From contig NC_090325.1 of the NCBI RefSeq assembly GCF_035084215.1, positions 112,902,001 to 112,966,000 of the forward strand: DNA of 64,000 nucleotides, read 5' to 3'. The position numbers were made by a program, and so were the translations under genes. Shown here piece by piece: positions 39,998 through 52,679 of the stretch. Numbering within the stretch: position 1 is the stretch's first letter; each line of letters starts with the position of its first letter. The DNA is from Heptranchias perlo. Taxonomy: Eukaryota. The notes below the pieces were generated by a model. It was not told the origin of the DNA. It worked only from the letters and a program-made list of their open reading frames with translations, and did no database searches.

Positions 39998-40620
39998 AAA
40001 CAACAACTTACATTTATACGGAAAATGTCCCAAGGCACTTTACAGAGAAATAACAAGAGGAGTGGACACCAAATCATGGGAGTGGGTTAGGAGCATAGAA
40101 GGCTAGGTCAAAAAGATGGGTTTTGAAAAGGTTTTTTAAATGAGGACAAGGAAGTAGCAAGGTGGAGGGGTTCAGGCAGGGATTTCAGACACTAGGACTG
40201 ATGTCACTGCCATCAATGGTGGGGTGAAGGAAAGAGAAAATGTACAGAAGGTCAAAGTTGAAGGACAGAAGGGCGTCGGAGAATGGCGGAGTTTATTGAG
40301 GTAGGGGGATCAAGGGAGGAATTTGAAGACAATGCCTAGGTTTTTTAAATTGAATGTATGGGGGATGGGGTGGTGCAGCCAGCGTAGGTCAGCAAGGATT
40401 GAGGTGATAGGCGAGCAGAACTTAATGTCGGACAGGATCTGAGCAGCTGCATTGTTTAAGGAGGATGGACAATGGAGCCCAGCTAAGAAACTATTGGAGT
40501 AATTGAGCTGAAGGTGTCCAAAGAATGGATATGGGTTTTATTGGTGGAGGATAAAAACAGGCAATATTGCTCATGGTCACAGAGAGACTATGGGGTTGAA
40601 ACTCAGCTCTGGGTTGAACA
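39998..40620 (-). mobile_element. Old L2-like LINE 3' fragment
   Basis: caacaacttacatttatac...tcccaaggcactttaca tail followed by a purine-rich body. Confidence 0.5.
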
Positions 40621-41261
40621 CAACTGCAGTGGATATAGAAGGTGTGCAACCAGTATCTGTGACTAATCCTGATGTACCTGCATCAGTGCACTGACCTCTG
40701 GGCATCTATGAGGTCTCAGTATCTTTCCATTAACACTGCCTCTAACTGTCCTCTAAATGAGTTGATGCCTCCATCCCTGAATCTTGGCGTTTGGACCCTA
40801 AATCCTCCCTAACAGTAGTAAGAGCATTCATGAGAGATAGAAGCATCTGTGGCCTGAATAACTGCCACTGCAGATACCCCTGGTGTTATCATGTCAGTGG
40901 CTGACTGCAGTGTAAGCAACTTTTTTTTCCAACCTAACCATCTCACCTTCCAACATGTATGTGTGGAGGCAAGAGATTCTTCAATACATCCCTGATGCGA
41001 TACCATCCTCTGTTGAAAGCAGGCAGAGTGAAATCTGTGTTCAACTCAGGAAAGGCCATCAACATGCTGGGATTCCACCCTGCACTACTTGACCCTTGTG
41101 CCTCACCTTGTTTTTTTGCCTCACCATTGTTATCTAACAATATGCTTATCTCCACCGGGGCCTAATCCAATTGGGGGCGGTGAGAGTTTCTGCTCAAGTG
41201 AGTGGTGCTCTTCAAGCATGTCTTGTCTACCACTCCATGCTCTCTAAAGAGAACAAATGGA

Positions 41262-41370
41262 ATATCCCATTTAACTTCAATGGAAACGAAAATCAGGAGA
41301 GGTGTTTAATGGGTGGCCGAGCCAATATCGCCCATTTTACACTATTGTCTAAAGACAAAATGACCTCCAT
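41262..41370. mobile_element. Foldback MITE remnant related to the element hosting the 48-bp satellite
   Basis: ccatttaacttcaatggaaacgaaaatcaggagaggtgtttaatgggtggccgagcc parallels 63580-63635. Confidence 0.6.
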
Positions 41371-43255
41371 TAAGTGCCATGTCAGCTGTTTGAGAAGTGT
41401 TAAAGGATCATTATTACAGGTGTATTGCGATTGGCTGCTTTTTTTGTTACTGCTAATGAAACTGCATTCTCGGGAATCTCACATTTCGAAACCGCACATT
41501 CCCGTAATTTCATTAACGAGTCATAAATCATGAAGAGAAACAGGTATTTCTCCTTTTATTTTCAAATAGAGTAAAATATGGTTCTTGAATTACTTCAATA
41601 CCATTGAGAGCAGTTGTGCCAATCCTGAGAGAATCGCTTCAGAAATTTGAAGTTCAGTACTTGCCTGAAGCATTGAATGTTATTCGCAGCTTTTAAAACA
41701 AGCATTTTTTTTCTCTCGTACAACAGCTGGAAAAATGATTGTTTGTGAAATTCAAATGTTGGACTCGCTACAGACAAATGACAAATGTAGGAAAGAACAG
41801 ACATTTCTTCATCATATTATTCTTTAAATCAGCTGAAATAACATCATTAGATTCAGTCATTCTGGGGCACCATTCACTTCTAGTTCTTAGAGTTTTTTTT
41901 TAAAAGAAACCACCTGATGGTTAACTCTCTGCTACCTGGCAGCTTTTTTTCCAGGATTCCTTGGCTTTTATAACATGAAGAGAGCTGCCCATGACTGCCG
42001 GCACAAATAAATACAAGTCCATACCTGGGATCTTTGCAAACCTCATTCCATTCCAGTTATAGTTGCACTGCAGGTGGTGTTAAATTGATTAGTGTGCCTC
42101 TCTGAGGTAATCACATACACTTGGTTAACCCAGTTCGGGTAGTGTCACATCCAAATTACACCTCACAGGTTGAATCAATGCAAAATTAAAGTCGCTTTGC
42201 ATGGACATGAAATGTACAGTCTGATATTGCAGTGGTGATAAATATGAGGCTTTAAAGGAGCTATGTTTGTTTTAAATAGCATAGCTGGCGAGAAAAATTC
42301 TAATATTGAGATTCCACCACTGATAACTTACCAACTAATTAAGTCATAAAAATCAAACAGTGTTGCGTTCCTGCTACCACATCACAGCTTGCATTGTGAA
42401 TATGAACAGATTGAGCAGACGCCAGTGACATATCTCCTCTGACTTGTAGCCTGCCTGCATTTACTGGGTAATACGATGGCACAGTGACAGGTCTGATCAT
42501 TTCATATTGCTGTTGCCGCTCCAGCTGATTGAAATGGAGGTATGTTAGGGATATAGCAGATGAATTATTAAAAAGAATAAGGTCATTTTCTGAGAACGCG
42601 CCAGTGGTGCAAAATCTCACCTGATACCAGCGTAATATCAGAAAATCACAGGTGCACCCACTGATGATTTGACAATTGTGGGAAACGCTTCCATATGAGA
42701 TGAAGGCGGATTGGATGATGTTTCCCGCTGCCGGCGCATACTTGGAAAATTATCCCACTTTTTTTGAAAAAGTTAATATTTCTTAAAAGACTCTCCAGTG
42801 TATTGAAGACGAGTAATATAAAAAGTATTAATTTATATGATATTCCTTTCTCCACTACTTTAGCAGAAGCATTAACCTATTTGAAATAATTGGTCAACAC
42901 CTGCATTATAATAATGGACAGAGGAATGTAATATGAATACATCAAGTATTTGCTCACTAATATTGGCAATAATAATATCTAGGCTATAGCCACATCTAAA
43001 TAAGAGAAAAGGTATGTAAAATGTTAAATAAATCTTACGGAGTGATTCATTCGAATCTGGATCTGCTGGGCTCTGTTGTAGAAATCAGAATTCAAATTGA
43101 GCTGGCAGTAAGAAGCAGCACCATATGCTTTTGCGATTAACAAAACAGGGAAGTTTCCAGTTTTTCTATTTACTCTGAACCTTCTACCCTTGAAACGGTC
43201 TTTAAATTGTTGGTGGTCTCATGACTGAGCATGTTTTTTGTCTTTCTCTTTACAG

Positions 43256-43263
43256 GACCTCCC
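43256..43263 (+). CDS. 8-nt micro-exon (GACCTCCC; completes Gly, then Pro-Pro) of the same MACIT collagen
   Basis: Long pyrimidine tract tttttgtctttctctttacag and gtaagt donor; phase 1-0 fits the 45-nt exon and preserves the Gly-X-Y register; an 8-bp exon is known in mouse Col13a1. Confidence 0.82.
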
Positions 43264-43624
43264 GTAAGTACGCTTGATATCTGAATGCTCGATGAAAGTC
43301 ATCAAGATAAGAATTCTTTTTTTATTGTTTTAACGAGAGGCAGATTGTACAGGAACTCATTAAACACATGGATAAACCTACTTGATTGAGTGCAATAGGA
43401 GATGTAAATGCTGCTGTCATAGTTCTTGCACTTAAAAAATTATTTTTAATTTACTGGAACATCGATATACTGTGAGGTATCTCGAATATAAAATCATTCC
43501 TATATCAGTTATCATTGTCAGTTGTAACTGACTGCTGTGAAAAAGTTTAGCAAAATAATAGTTCCAGTGATATTTCTTGTTACTATTCTGTTAATTTAAT
43601 CACTAAATATCAAAATACAGTAAT

Positions 43625-43755
43625 GATGTGGAGATGCCGGTGATGGACTGGGGTGGACAAATGCAAAGAATCTTACAACACCAGGTTATAGTCCAACAGT
43701 TTTATTTTAAAATAAAACTGTTGGACTATAACCTGGTGTTGTAAGATTCCTTAAA
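43625..43755. mobile_element. Short Penelope-like retroelement end forming an 82-bp perfect palindrome, with a 13-bp TSD
   Basis: aaaatacagtaat at 43612-43624 and 43756-43768; arms 43668-43708 and 43709-43749; Penelope assignment is from recall of similar termini. Confidence 0.7.
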
Positions 43756-45315
43756 AAAATACAGTAATACTTTAGACAACCAGCCTTACCTTTTCTGGAA
43801 GTTTCTGGAATTCCCATATTTGTAATGCTAATACATAAATGTTTTGGCTGCTTTGGATGGAAAATGCCTCAGCCTACAGGTGAGAGAATGGTATCTTGGT
43901 AAAAGAGTTATAGGAATAATAGTCCTGTTGTGATTTATACATTTGAAATGATTTATTATTTGCCAATACTAGTTAAATTTGTAACTGCCTTTTTGATGGG
44001 GCCCATCACCAGCTACAGTGACCATGTGCAGCATCAAATACCAGCTTCTCTGTGTAGTAATATTGAGGTGCGAAAGTGGATCTTATGGGTGGGAGGTTTC
44101 CATTACTCACTGTTACAAAATCACAAATGTCTGTATGAAAAGCACGTTTATGATTTTGTAATAAATAGCAACAAGTAGAAAACGCTTTCCCCCAACCCCC
44201 TCTGTTGTTATTCACAGACTGTGAAAGTGTGGTGTCACTAATTCAAAAATAAGCATGCTTCCTGCCTGAAAAGTCACCACAGCCACTTCAAAACCAATGG
44301 AACCAACAGCTGTTCCTCTTCAATCCTCTTCAAATGCACGTAGCGTGATAAATAAGGTTGGTGAGCTGCAGGCTCAAGTCACCATCTGGGATTATGATAT
44401 AGTGGCAATAATAAGAGACCTAGCTCAAGGAAGGGGAGGATTGGGAACTTAATATTCCTGGTTACAAGGTATTCAGGAAAGATAGGGAAAGAAAGAAAGG
44501 AGGAAGATGGCAGTATTGATCAAAGAATCAATTATAGCACTGCAAAGGGATGATGTAGTTGAGGGGTCAAAGACAGAATCTATTTGGATAGAATTAAGGA
44601 ACAATTGAGGAGCTTTAACACTACTGGGTGTATGCTATAGGCCACCAAATAGTGGGAAGGAGATAGAGGAGCAAATCTGCAGGCAAATTACCAACAAATG
44701 CAAGGACCATAGAGTAGTGATAATGGGAGACCTCAATTATCCCAATATAGACTGGGACAGTAACAGTGTAAAGAGCAAAGTCGGGGAGGAATTCCTGTAA
44801 TGTGTTCAAGAGAACTTTCTGGAACAGTCTGTTTCCAGCCCAACGAGGACGGAAACAGTGCTGGATCTAGTTCTGGGGAATGAAGTCGGGCAAGTGGAGC
44901 ATGTTTCAGTGGGGGAGCATTTGGGGAACAGCGATCATAATATTTATCAGATTTAGAACAGTTATGGAAAAAGACAAGAAACAATCAAGCCCAAAAAAAA
45001 TACTTAACTGGAGGAGGGCTAATTTCAGTGAGTTAAAAAGGGATCTTGCCCAGGTGGATTGGAATCAAAAATTGGTAGTCAAAACTGTAGTTGAACAATG
45101 GGATGCCTTCAAGGAGGAGATGGTTCGTGTACAGAGTAGACACATTCCCATGAGGGGGAAAGGAAGGGCATCCAAAGCTAGAGCTCCCTGGATGACTAAA
45201 GATATAGAGATTAAAATGAAACAGAAAAAGGAGGCTTGTGACAAATGTAAGGTTCATAATACAGTAGAGAACCAAACTGAATACAGAAAGTAGAGAGGAG
45301 ATCTAAAAAGGGAAT

Positions 45316-45382
45316 ATTTTTTTTATTCGTTCATGGGATGTGGGCGTCGCTGGCAAGGCCAGCATTTATTGCCCATCCCTAA
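45316..45382 (-). mobile_element. ~65-bp 3' tail of the second LINE family inserted in a CR1
   Basis: tttttattcgttcatgggatgtgggcgtcgctggc matches 48795 onward; aata is duplicated at the junctions. Confidence 0.85.
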
Positions 45383-46412
45383 TAAGAGGAGCAAAGAGAG
45401 AGTATGAGAATAGATTAGCAGCTAACATAAAATGGAACCCAAAAGTCTTTTATAAACATATAAAAAGTAAAAGGGCAGGCAAAGGAAGGGTGGGGCTGAT
45501 TAGAGACAAAAAAGGAGATCTTCTTGTTGGAGCAGAGGGCATGGCTGAGGTATGAAATGAATACTTTGCATCGGTCTTCATTAGAGGAGAGGATGCTGCC
45601 ATTGTAGCAGTGAAGGACGAGGTAGTAGTGATATTGGATAGGATAAAAATAGATAAAGAGGAGGTACTCAAAAGTTTGGCAGTGATCAAAGTGGAAAAGT
45701 CACCCGGTCCAGATGGGATGCATTCTAGGTTACTGAGGGAAGTAAGGATAGAAATTGTGGAGGCTCCGGCCACAATCTTCCAATCTTCCTTAGATATGGG
45801 GATGGTGCCAGAGGACTGGAGGATTGCAAATGTTACATCACTGTTCAAAAAAGGTGAGAGGAATAAACCTGGCAATTATAGGCCAGTCAGCCTAACGTCA
45901 GTGGTAGAGAAACCTTTAGAGACAATAATCCGGGACAAAATTAATTGACACTTGGAAAAGTATGGGCTAATAAATAAAAGTCAGCACAGATTTGTTAAAG
46001 AAAAATCATGTTTGACTAACTTGATTGAGTTATTTGCTGAAGTAACGGAGACGGTTGATGAGGGTATTGCGGTTGATGTTGTGTATATGGACTTTCAAAA
46101 GGCATTTGATAAAGTACCACATAATTGACTTGTAAGCAATGGCATTAAAGGGACAGTGGCAGCGTGGATACAAAATTGGGACAGAAAGCAGAGGATAGCA
46201 GTGAATGGTTGTTTTTCAGACTCAAGGGGGTAAGGATATAGTGGTGTGCACCAGGGGTCGGTATTAGGACCACTGTTCTTTTTGATATATATTAATGACC
46301 TGGACTTGGGTATACATGGTATAATTTCAAAGTTTGCAGATGACACGAAACTCAGAAATCTAGTAAACAATGTGGAGGACGTAGACAGACTGGTGAAATG
46401 GGCATACATATG

Positions 46413-47266
46413 GAAACATAGAAACATAGAAAATAGGAGCATTCAGCCCTTCGAGCCTGCTCCGCCATTCAATATGATCATGGCTGATCCTCTATCTCAA
46501 TACCATATTCCCGCTCTCTCCCCATACTCTTTGATGCCTTTTGTGTCTAGAAATCTATCTAGCTCCTTCTTAAATATATTCAGTGACTTGGCCTCCATAG
46601 CCTTCTGTGGTAGAGAATTCCACAGGTTCACCACCCTCTGAGTGAAGAAATTTCTCTTCATCTCAGTCCTAAATGTCCTACCCCATATCCTGAGACTGTG
46701 ACCCCTCGTTCTGGACCCCCCAGCCAGGGGAAACATCTTCCCTGCATCCAGTCTCTCTATCCCTGTCAGAATTTTATATGTTTCAATGAGATCCCCTCTC
46801 ATTCTTCTAAACTTGAGTGAATACAGGCCGAGTCGACCCAATCTCTCCTCATACGACAGTCCTGCCATCCCAGGAATCAGTCTGGTGAACCTTTGCTGCT
46901 CTCCCTCTATGGCAAGTATATCCTTTCTTAGGTAAGGAGACCAAAACTGCACACAATACTCCAGGGCCCTGTATAACTGCAGTAAGACATCCTTGCTCCT
47001 ATACTCAAATCCTCTTGCAATGAAGGCCAACATACCATTTGCCTTCCTGACTGCTTGCTGCACCTGCATGTTTGCTTTCAGTGACTGGTGTACAAGGACA
47101 CACAGGTCCCTTTGTACATCAACATTCCCCAATATATCACCATTTAAATAATACTCTGCCTTTCTGTTTTTCCTTCCGAAGTGGATAACTTCACATTTAT
47201 TCACGTTATACTGCATCTGCCATGAATTTTTCCATTCACTCAACTTGTCTAAATCACCATGAAACA
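46413..47266 (-). mobile_element. 5'-truncated CR1 nested antisense inside another CR1; 256-aa open ORF
   Basis: (catagaaa)n tail; ORF 46497-47267 DLDKLSEW...EYCVQFWSP...GYGERAGIW; host CR1 resumes at catggcagatg. Confidence 0.93.
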
Positions 47267-48792
47267 TGGCAGATGAAATTTAACACAGGGAAGTGTGAAG
47301 TGATACATTTTGGTAGGAAGAATGAGGAGAGGCAATATAAACTAAATGGTACCATTTTAAAGGGATTGCAGGAACAGTGAGACCTGGGGGTGTATGTACA
47401 CAAATCTTTGAAGGTGGCAGGACAAGTTGAGAAGGCTTTTACAAAAGCATTTGGCATCCTGTGTTTTATTATTGAAGGCATAGAGTACTAAAGCAAGGAA
47501 TATATGCAAAACCTTTATAAAACACTCGTTATGGCTAAGCTGGAGTATTGTGTTAAATTCTGGGCACCACACTTTAGGAAGGATGTCAAGGCCGTAGAGA
47601 GGGTGCAGAATAGATTTATTAGAATGGTGCCAGGGATGAGGGACTTCAGTTATGTGGAGAGACTGGAGAAGCTGGGGTTGTTCTCTGTAGAGCAGAGAAG
47701 CTTAAGGGGAGATTTGATAGAGGTGTTCAAAATCATGAAGCGTTTGGATAGAGTAAATAAGGAGAAACTGTTTCCACTGGCAGACGGATCAGTAACCAGA
47801 GGACACAGATTTAAGATGATTGGCAAAAGAGCCAGAGGCGACATGAGGAAACATTTTTTTACGCAGTAAGTTGTAATGGTCTGGAATGCACTGCCTGAAA
47901 GGGTGGTGGAAGTAGATTCAATAATAACTTTCAAAGGGAATTGGATAAATACTCGAAGGGAGAATTTTAACAGGGCTATGGGGAAAGGGCAGGGGAATGG
48001 GACTAATTGGATAGCTCTTTCAAAGAGCCGGCACAGGCCGAATGGCCTCCTTCTGTGCTGGATCACACTATGATACTGCTATTATGATACTATGATTGAG
48101 TATATAGTCACACTGAGGTATTATGCACTGATTCAAATGAACAATGCATTCCAGAAATTCTAAGCATCTGGGATCTCAGCTCGTAAGGGAATTTCCATCA
48201 AAAGTGAATCAAGTGTTTGAAGTTGCCTAGGTCTGTTGGTGGAAAACCCCTTAAAGACCTACCTGTTTAGATGTAGTAGACTGCATTGATCCTATGTGTC
48301 AGCAATGGAGTGTTTTGATAGCTTTGTGTTACCTTATATTGCTTGGAGCTCAAGTCATTTCCCAATCCATTCATAAAACCATCATAATTGCATGTTTCTA
48401 AACAAGAAATTACTATTAAGTGGCTGTTCAGTTAAGTGAGGTAGTGTTACTGTTTAGAACACCTTACTCTCGGTCTTCCAATTCACCCTGTTGACAGTTC
48501 CATGACTTAATCTTACCTGACCATTTGTAACATAGAATATTTTGTGTTAGATTGAGAAGGGCGATGGCCAAAAATAATAACACAGCCAAACCACACTACA
48601 GAAGATCAGAAGTTGGGGCTATGTGAAGAATACATGGGAGATTAAATTAGAAGTTTAACTATATAAGAAAATAGGAAAATGGATACTTTCGAAGCTGCCT
48701 TCAAGGATGTGGAAAGGAAATATATCCTTGTCAGAAAACTGGGCAAAGCGGCAAGACCAATGGGTTGAATAATAATGGGCTGAGCAATATTA

Positions 48793-49265
48793 GTTTTTTT
48801 TTTATTCGTTCATGGGATGTGGGCGTCGCTGGCGATGCCGGCATTTATTGCCCATCCCTAATTGCCCTTGAGAAGGTGGTGGTGAGCCGCCTTCTTGAAC
48901 CGCTGCAGTCCGTGTGGTGACGGTTCTCCCACAGTGCTGTTAGGAAGGGAGTTCCAGGATTTTGACCCAGCGACGATGAAGGAACGGCGATATATTTCCA
49001 AGTCTGGATGGTGTGTGACTTGGAGGGGAACGTGCAGGTGGTGCTGTTCCCATGTGCCTGCTGTTCTTGTCCTTCTAGGTGGTAGAGGTCACGGGTTTGG
49101 GAGGTGCTGTCGAAGAAGCCTTGGCGAGTTGCTGCAGTGCATCCTGTGGATGGTACACACTGCAGCCACTGTGCGCTGGTGGTGAAGGGAGTGAATGTTT
49201 AGGGTGGTGGATGGGGTGCCAATCAAGCGGGCTGCTTTGTCCTGGATGGTGTCGAGCTTCTTGGG
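48793..49265 (-). mobile_element. 3' fragment of the second LINE family
   Basis: Reverse complement matches 32885-33345 (KKLDTIQDKAARLIGTP). Confidence 0.9.
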
Positions 49266-49621
49266 CGATATTAATAAGAAATACATTAGTGTTCAGATGA
49301 AATTCCGTTGACTGTTATTTAACAAAAGTGTTAACCCATTCAGCTTACTTTCCTTGTTAAGATAGCAGACAGAGAAATTTCTTACCTGTTCACTCACACC
49401 ATCCGGCACAATTTCAACCTTCACAGCTATAGTGGTTGAAAAGGGAAGTCAAAAATCATCTGAAGCCTAAGAAGAATTATTAAAAGATATACCTTGAATT
49501 AAAAGTCATGAAGGCTGTCAGTAATGCAAGTCAGTTGAGGATTACACAAAGAAATAGCAAAAGAGGAAGTAGGCCAATAACAAATAGATCATAGGCGGTG
49601 ACGAGGGTTAGCCAAAGATAT

Positions 49622-49997
49622 TGGCCTGAAATTGTGTGGAGGCTCTCACAGTCTTCTGTGCAACTTTGGCAGATCATCCCAAACTCCGATGCACTCAAAA
49701 AAAGCTGTTTGCGCTGCTTTTCTGAGGGTTCTGCCACTCTCCTTCCCAAAGTTATGGCAGGAAACTGGGAAAGGCCCTGCACAATTTCCAGGCCATTGTA
49801 TACCTATTCAATTCATAGAATAGAGCATTAAAGACCAGTAGAATTTCTGCGGGAATTCCCCGATTTCCCACTGTAACTTTGGCTGGAGATTGGGGGAAAC
49901 CCCAGAAAAATGGCATAAATAGCTGTTTACACCATTTCACCGAGTTTCCGCTGACATTATGGCAGGCGATCGGAAGAATCCCTGCAAAAATTCCAGG
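49622..49997. mobile_element. MITE-like element
   Basis: Ends ggcctgaaatt / aaattccagg. Confidence 0.4.
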
Positions 49998-50084
49998 TAT
50001 TGATTTAAGAATAGGCCTGGCACAGCCCCTAAGGAAATAAAAAAGCTCTGTTTCATATTTCAAAAGTTCCATAAATATAGGGGC

Positions 50085-50970
50085 TACAGCTAAAGGGTAT
50101 CAAATTCCAATATTCAAAAAAGGAGCAAGACATGAATCGGGGGGTCAGTTAGTCCAAAATTGGTGGTGAAGATCGAACGAACAAATAAACTTGCATTTAT
50201 ACAGCGCATTTCACAAACTCCAGATGTCCCAAATGCTTTACAGCCAGAGATGCTATAAGTTATCATCTAAAGAACATAATGATCATACGTTTTTGAAGCA
50301 GTAGCAGTGGAAAAGGTAAGTTTATAGTGCATATAGCACTCTTGGATTTTTGAAAGCCATTTAAAAAAAAATTTGCTTAACTGTACGACATTAATTTTAA
50401 TTGAGTTGGCTAAATTGAAACTTTACCTGACAATATGAGACAGAAGGTAATGAACAGTGTTCTGTCTCACTAGTGGAGTTTTACTGGGTCTATTTTAATT
50501 GCCCTGCTGTATTTGTAAAACATATCAAAGACAGGACTTCCAATAACATGAAATTTGCTGATGATGCCAATCTGTGTGGCAAGGTAACTAAAGTAGGGGA
50601 GATAGACAGCAGTCAGAGGGATCTGGATGAAGTAAATGGATGAGTTAAGGGTTGGCTGAAGGATTTAATATGGATACATTTAAAGCAATATCCAGTGTGC
50701 ATACTTCCAGTAAAGGTGGATAAGATGAAGGATTTGTGCATGATTATTGACATTTGATTGAAAATATCCAGTCAGTGTGAGCCCATTATCAACAAGGATG
50801 CACCTTAATAACACTTAATGATGTCAAAACATTATCTAACCCAGCTTAACTCATTGATGTGACTAATTTTAAAATAGTGTATGCAGTTTGGGGCATCCTA
50901 CCTTCAAAAGGACATTGCTGCTTTGGCAAGAACTCAGAGAAGAGTAATAAGGATTATTCTGGAATTTAAA
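50085..50970 (+). mobile_element. Very old CR1-like fragments with an inserted SINE tail (50185-50250)
   Basis: aaatttgctgatgatgccaa (KFADDA) and tgtatgcagtttgggg; aacttgcatttatacagcgc SINE tail on the minus strand. Confidence 0.55.
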
Positions 50971-52679
50971 ACTGTCTTTATATAGGTCAAAATTTCCCAA
51001 GAGCCCACGCCACCAGCAGTGCTTCACACACAACAGGTGATTTATCAGATCACTGGTGCACTGCATGAAATCAATGGACAAAAAAAACCATGGGCCGTGT
51101 ATCAGTGGGGGGAGTCTCAGAAAATTTCACCCATAGAGACAGAGAACCAAAGTGGTTTTCATTGGTGAATTAAAGGTTGAAGGGGTGATATAGGCCTTTA
51201 AATTACTGAAAGACACATTTAAATACATTAGAATGATGCTTCAAATAAGTGGTTTATTAAATAATATGGTTGAAAATAATTTACTTTTAATATATTTGGC
51301 TCTGCAGTATTCAGTAGTAACATTGGACAGCAGTAATTAGGTCCTGCACTAGTTTTTTTCTCTCTTTTGAGAGCAAATCCCACTTTTCCAGAGAAAAGGT
51401 GAAAAATCATTTTAGAGCACATTGCTGTTTGCTGATGTCGTGTTAAGTAGCCTGGATTTGAGATAATATGGTTTTAAGAAAACAAGAGACTGGAAATGAC
51501 TGTTTTGTTATATTTTGTCCACTATTTTAACTTGGGTGTTAACCTGTTATTTTAAATGAGTTAATGCCTCTAAGATTAGTGGACAGAAGAATGTCTAAGA
51601 ATGTGTTAAGTCTTTGCTTGCTAACACCGCAAACAGTAATTCTAAGTTAATGTGCGTTATGTTCATAGTTTTTGACACCAATGGTGCCGTCTATGCAGAA
51701 ACATAATCGTAATCTGCTTTCCTATCGTACATCAACTTCAACCACAGGGTGAATTCAAGCATATTTTCAACAATTGAAACTTACTGTAATAAATTGAGCC
51801 TTGGTATGAACAGCATGTGTCAGAGGAAGGACCATGGATGTGTGCAGCCAGCAGGCAGATACATTTGCAAGCCAAATAAAATAATACATCTTTTACTGAC
51901 TTCACAGAGAAGAACACCAATGACCCTCGGCTGCCCTCTTCCATGATCCTGGCACCGCAATTTCAGAACCTTTATATTTTTTTTATTTTAGGATTACAAG
52001 TTTTAAATAACCCAGGACTTTTATTCATCCACTGCAGAGAAGAAATGTCATTTGCTGAAAATGGATTGTTTTAGAGAGCTATACTTATATCTAAGTATAG
52101 CTCTCTGCTGCTTTCATCCTGAAAGCACAAGAGAGAAAAGATGAAACCAGGATTTGCTTCTCTGTCCAAGAAAAATAGTACAAAATGACTTATTAAAGAT
52201 AGTTGTAGGAGATTATAATTTCACACATTATATATTTAGGTGGATTAGATGGATTATATTGTATGTCATACTTGAGGAGAAAAATAGCTGGACTCATTTC
52301 TTTCTTATGTGTCGATGTATGGACAGATCCTAAGTACTTGCAGATGGATATGTTCAGATCATTTGCATCACCTCTGACAAGCAAATGGTTGAATTTGACA
52401 TCCATAACTCGTGTGTTCAGCAGAAGAAATGTACTGCTCAAAGCAAAAGGAAAACTTTCCCTTTGATGCACTTCCATTTTTAGAAAGTATCACCTAGCAG
52501 CCCAAAGCTCTTTTATTTCTCTGATTTTCTCCCCTTTGCCTTTCCCTCATGCTAGAGTACTGTTCTATTGATAGTGGGAATACTCCAGTTCTTCACCCAA
52601 ATGTCCATTCTTCATTTGTGAGCCTAAAATGTGTTGACATCACAACAAAGTCCTAATCCTTTGATTGGTGGGATGTGAT

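Larger units (their letters stand above)
44335..48095 (+). mobile_element. Decayed CR1 LINE (same family as 1-2750) with two nested insertions
   Basis: EN and RT motif fragments collinear with the 1-2750 copy; (atgatact)-like tail near 48070. Confidence 0.95.

Noticed and set aside
50298-50320. Possible extra exon ending at AAG|gtaagt
   Set aside because: Weak acceptor, no Gly-X-Y coding pattern, and it lies among old repeat fragments.
51748-51780. Possible next collagen exon after cacag|GGT
   Set aside because: Reads GEFKHIFNN-stop, with no Gly-X-Y periodicity or fitting donor; the next collagen exon was not found in the window.
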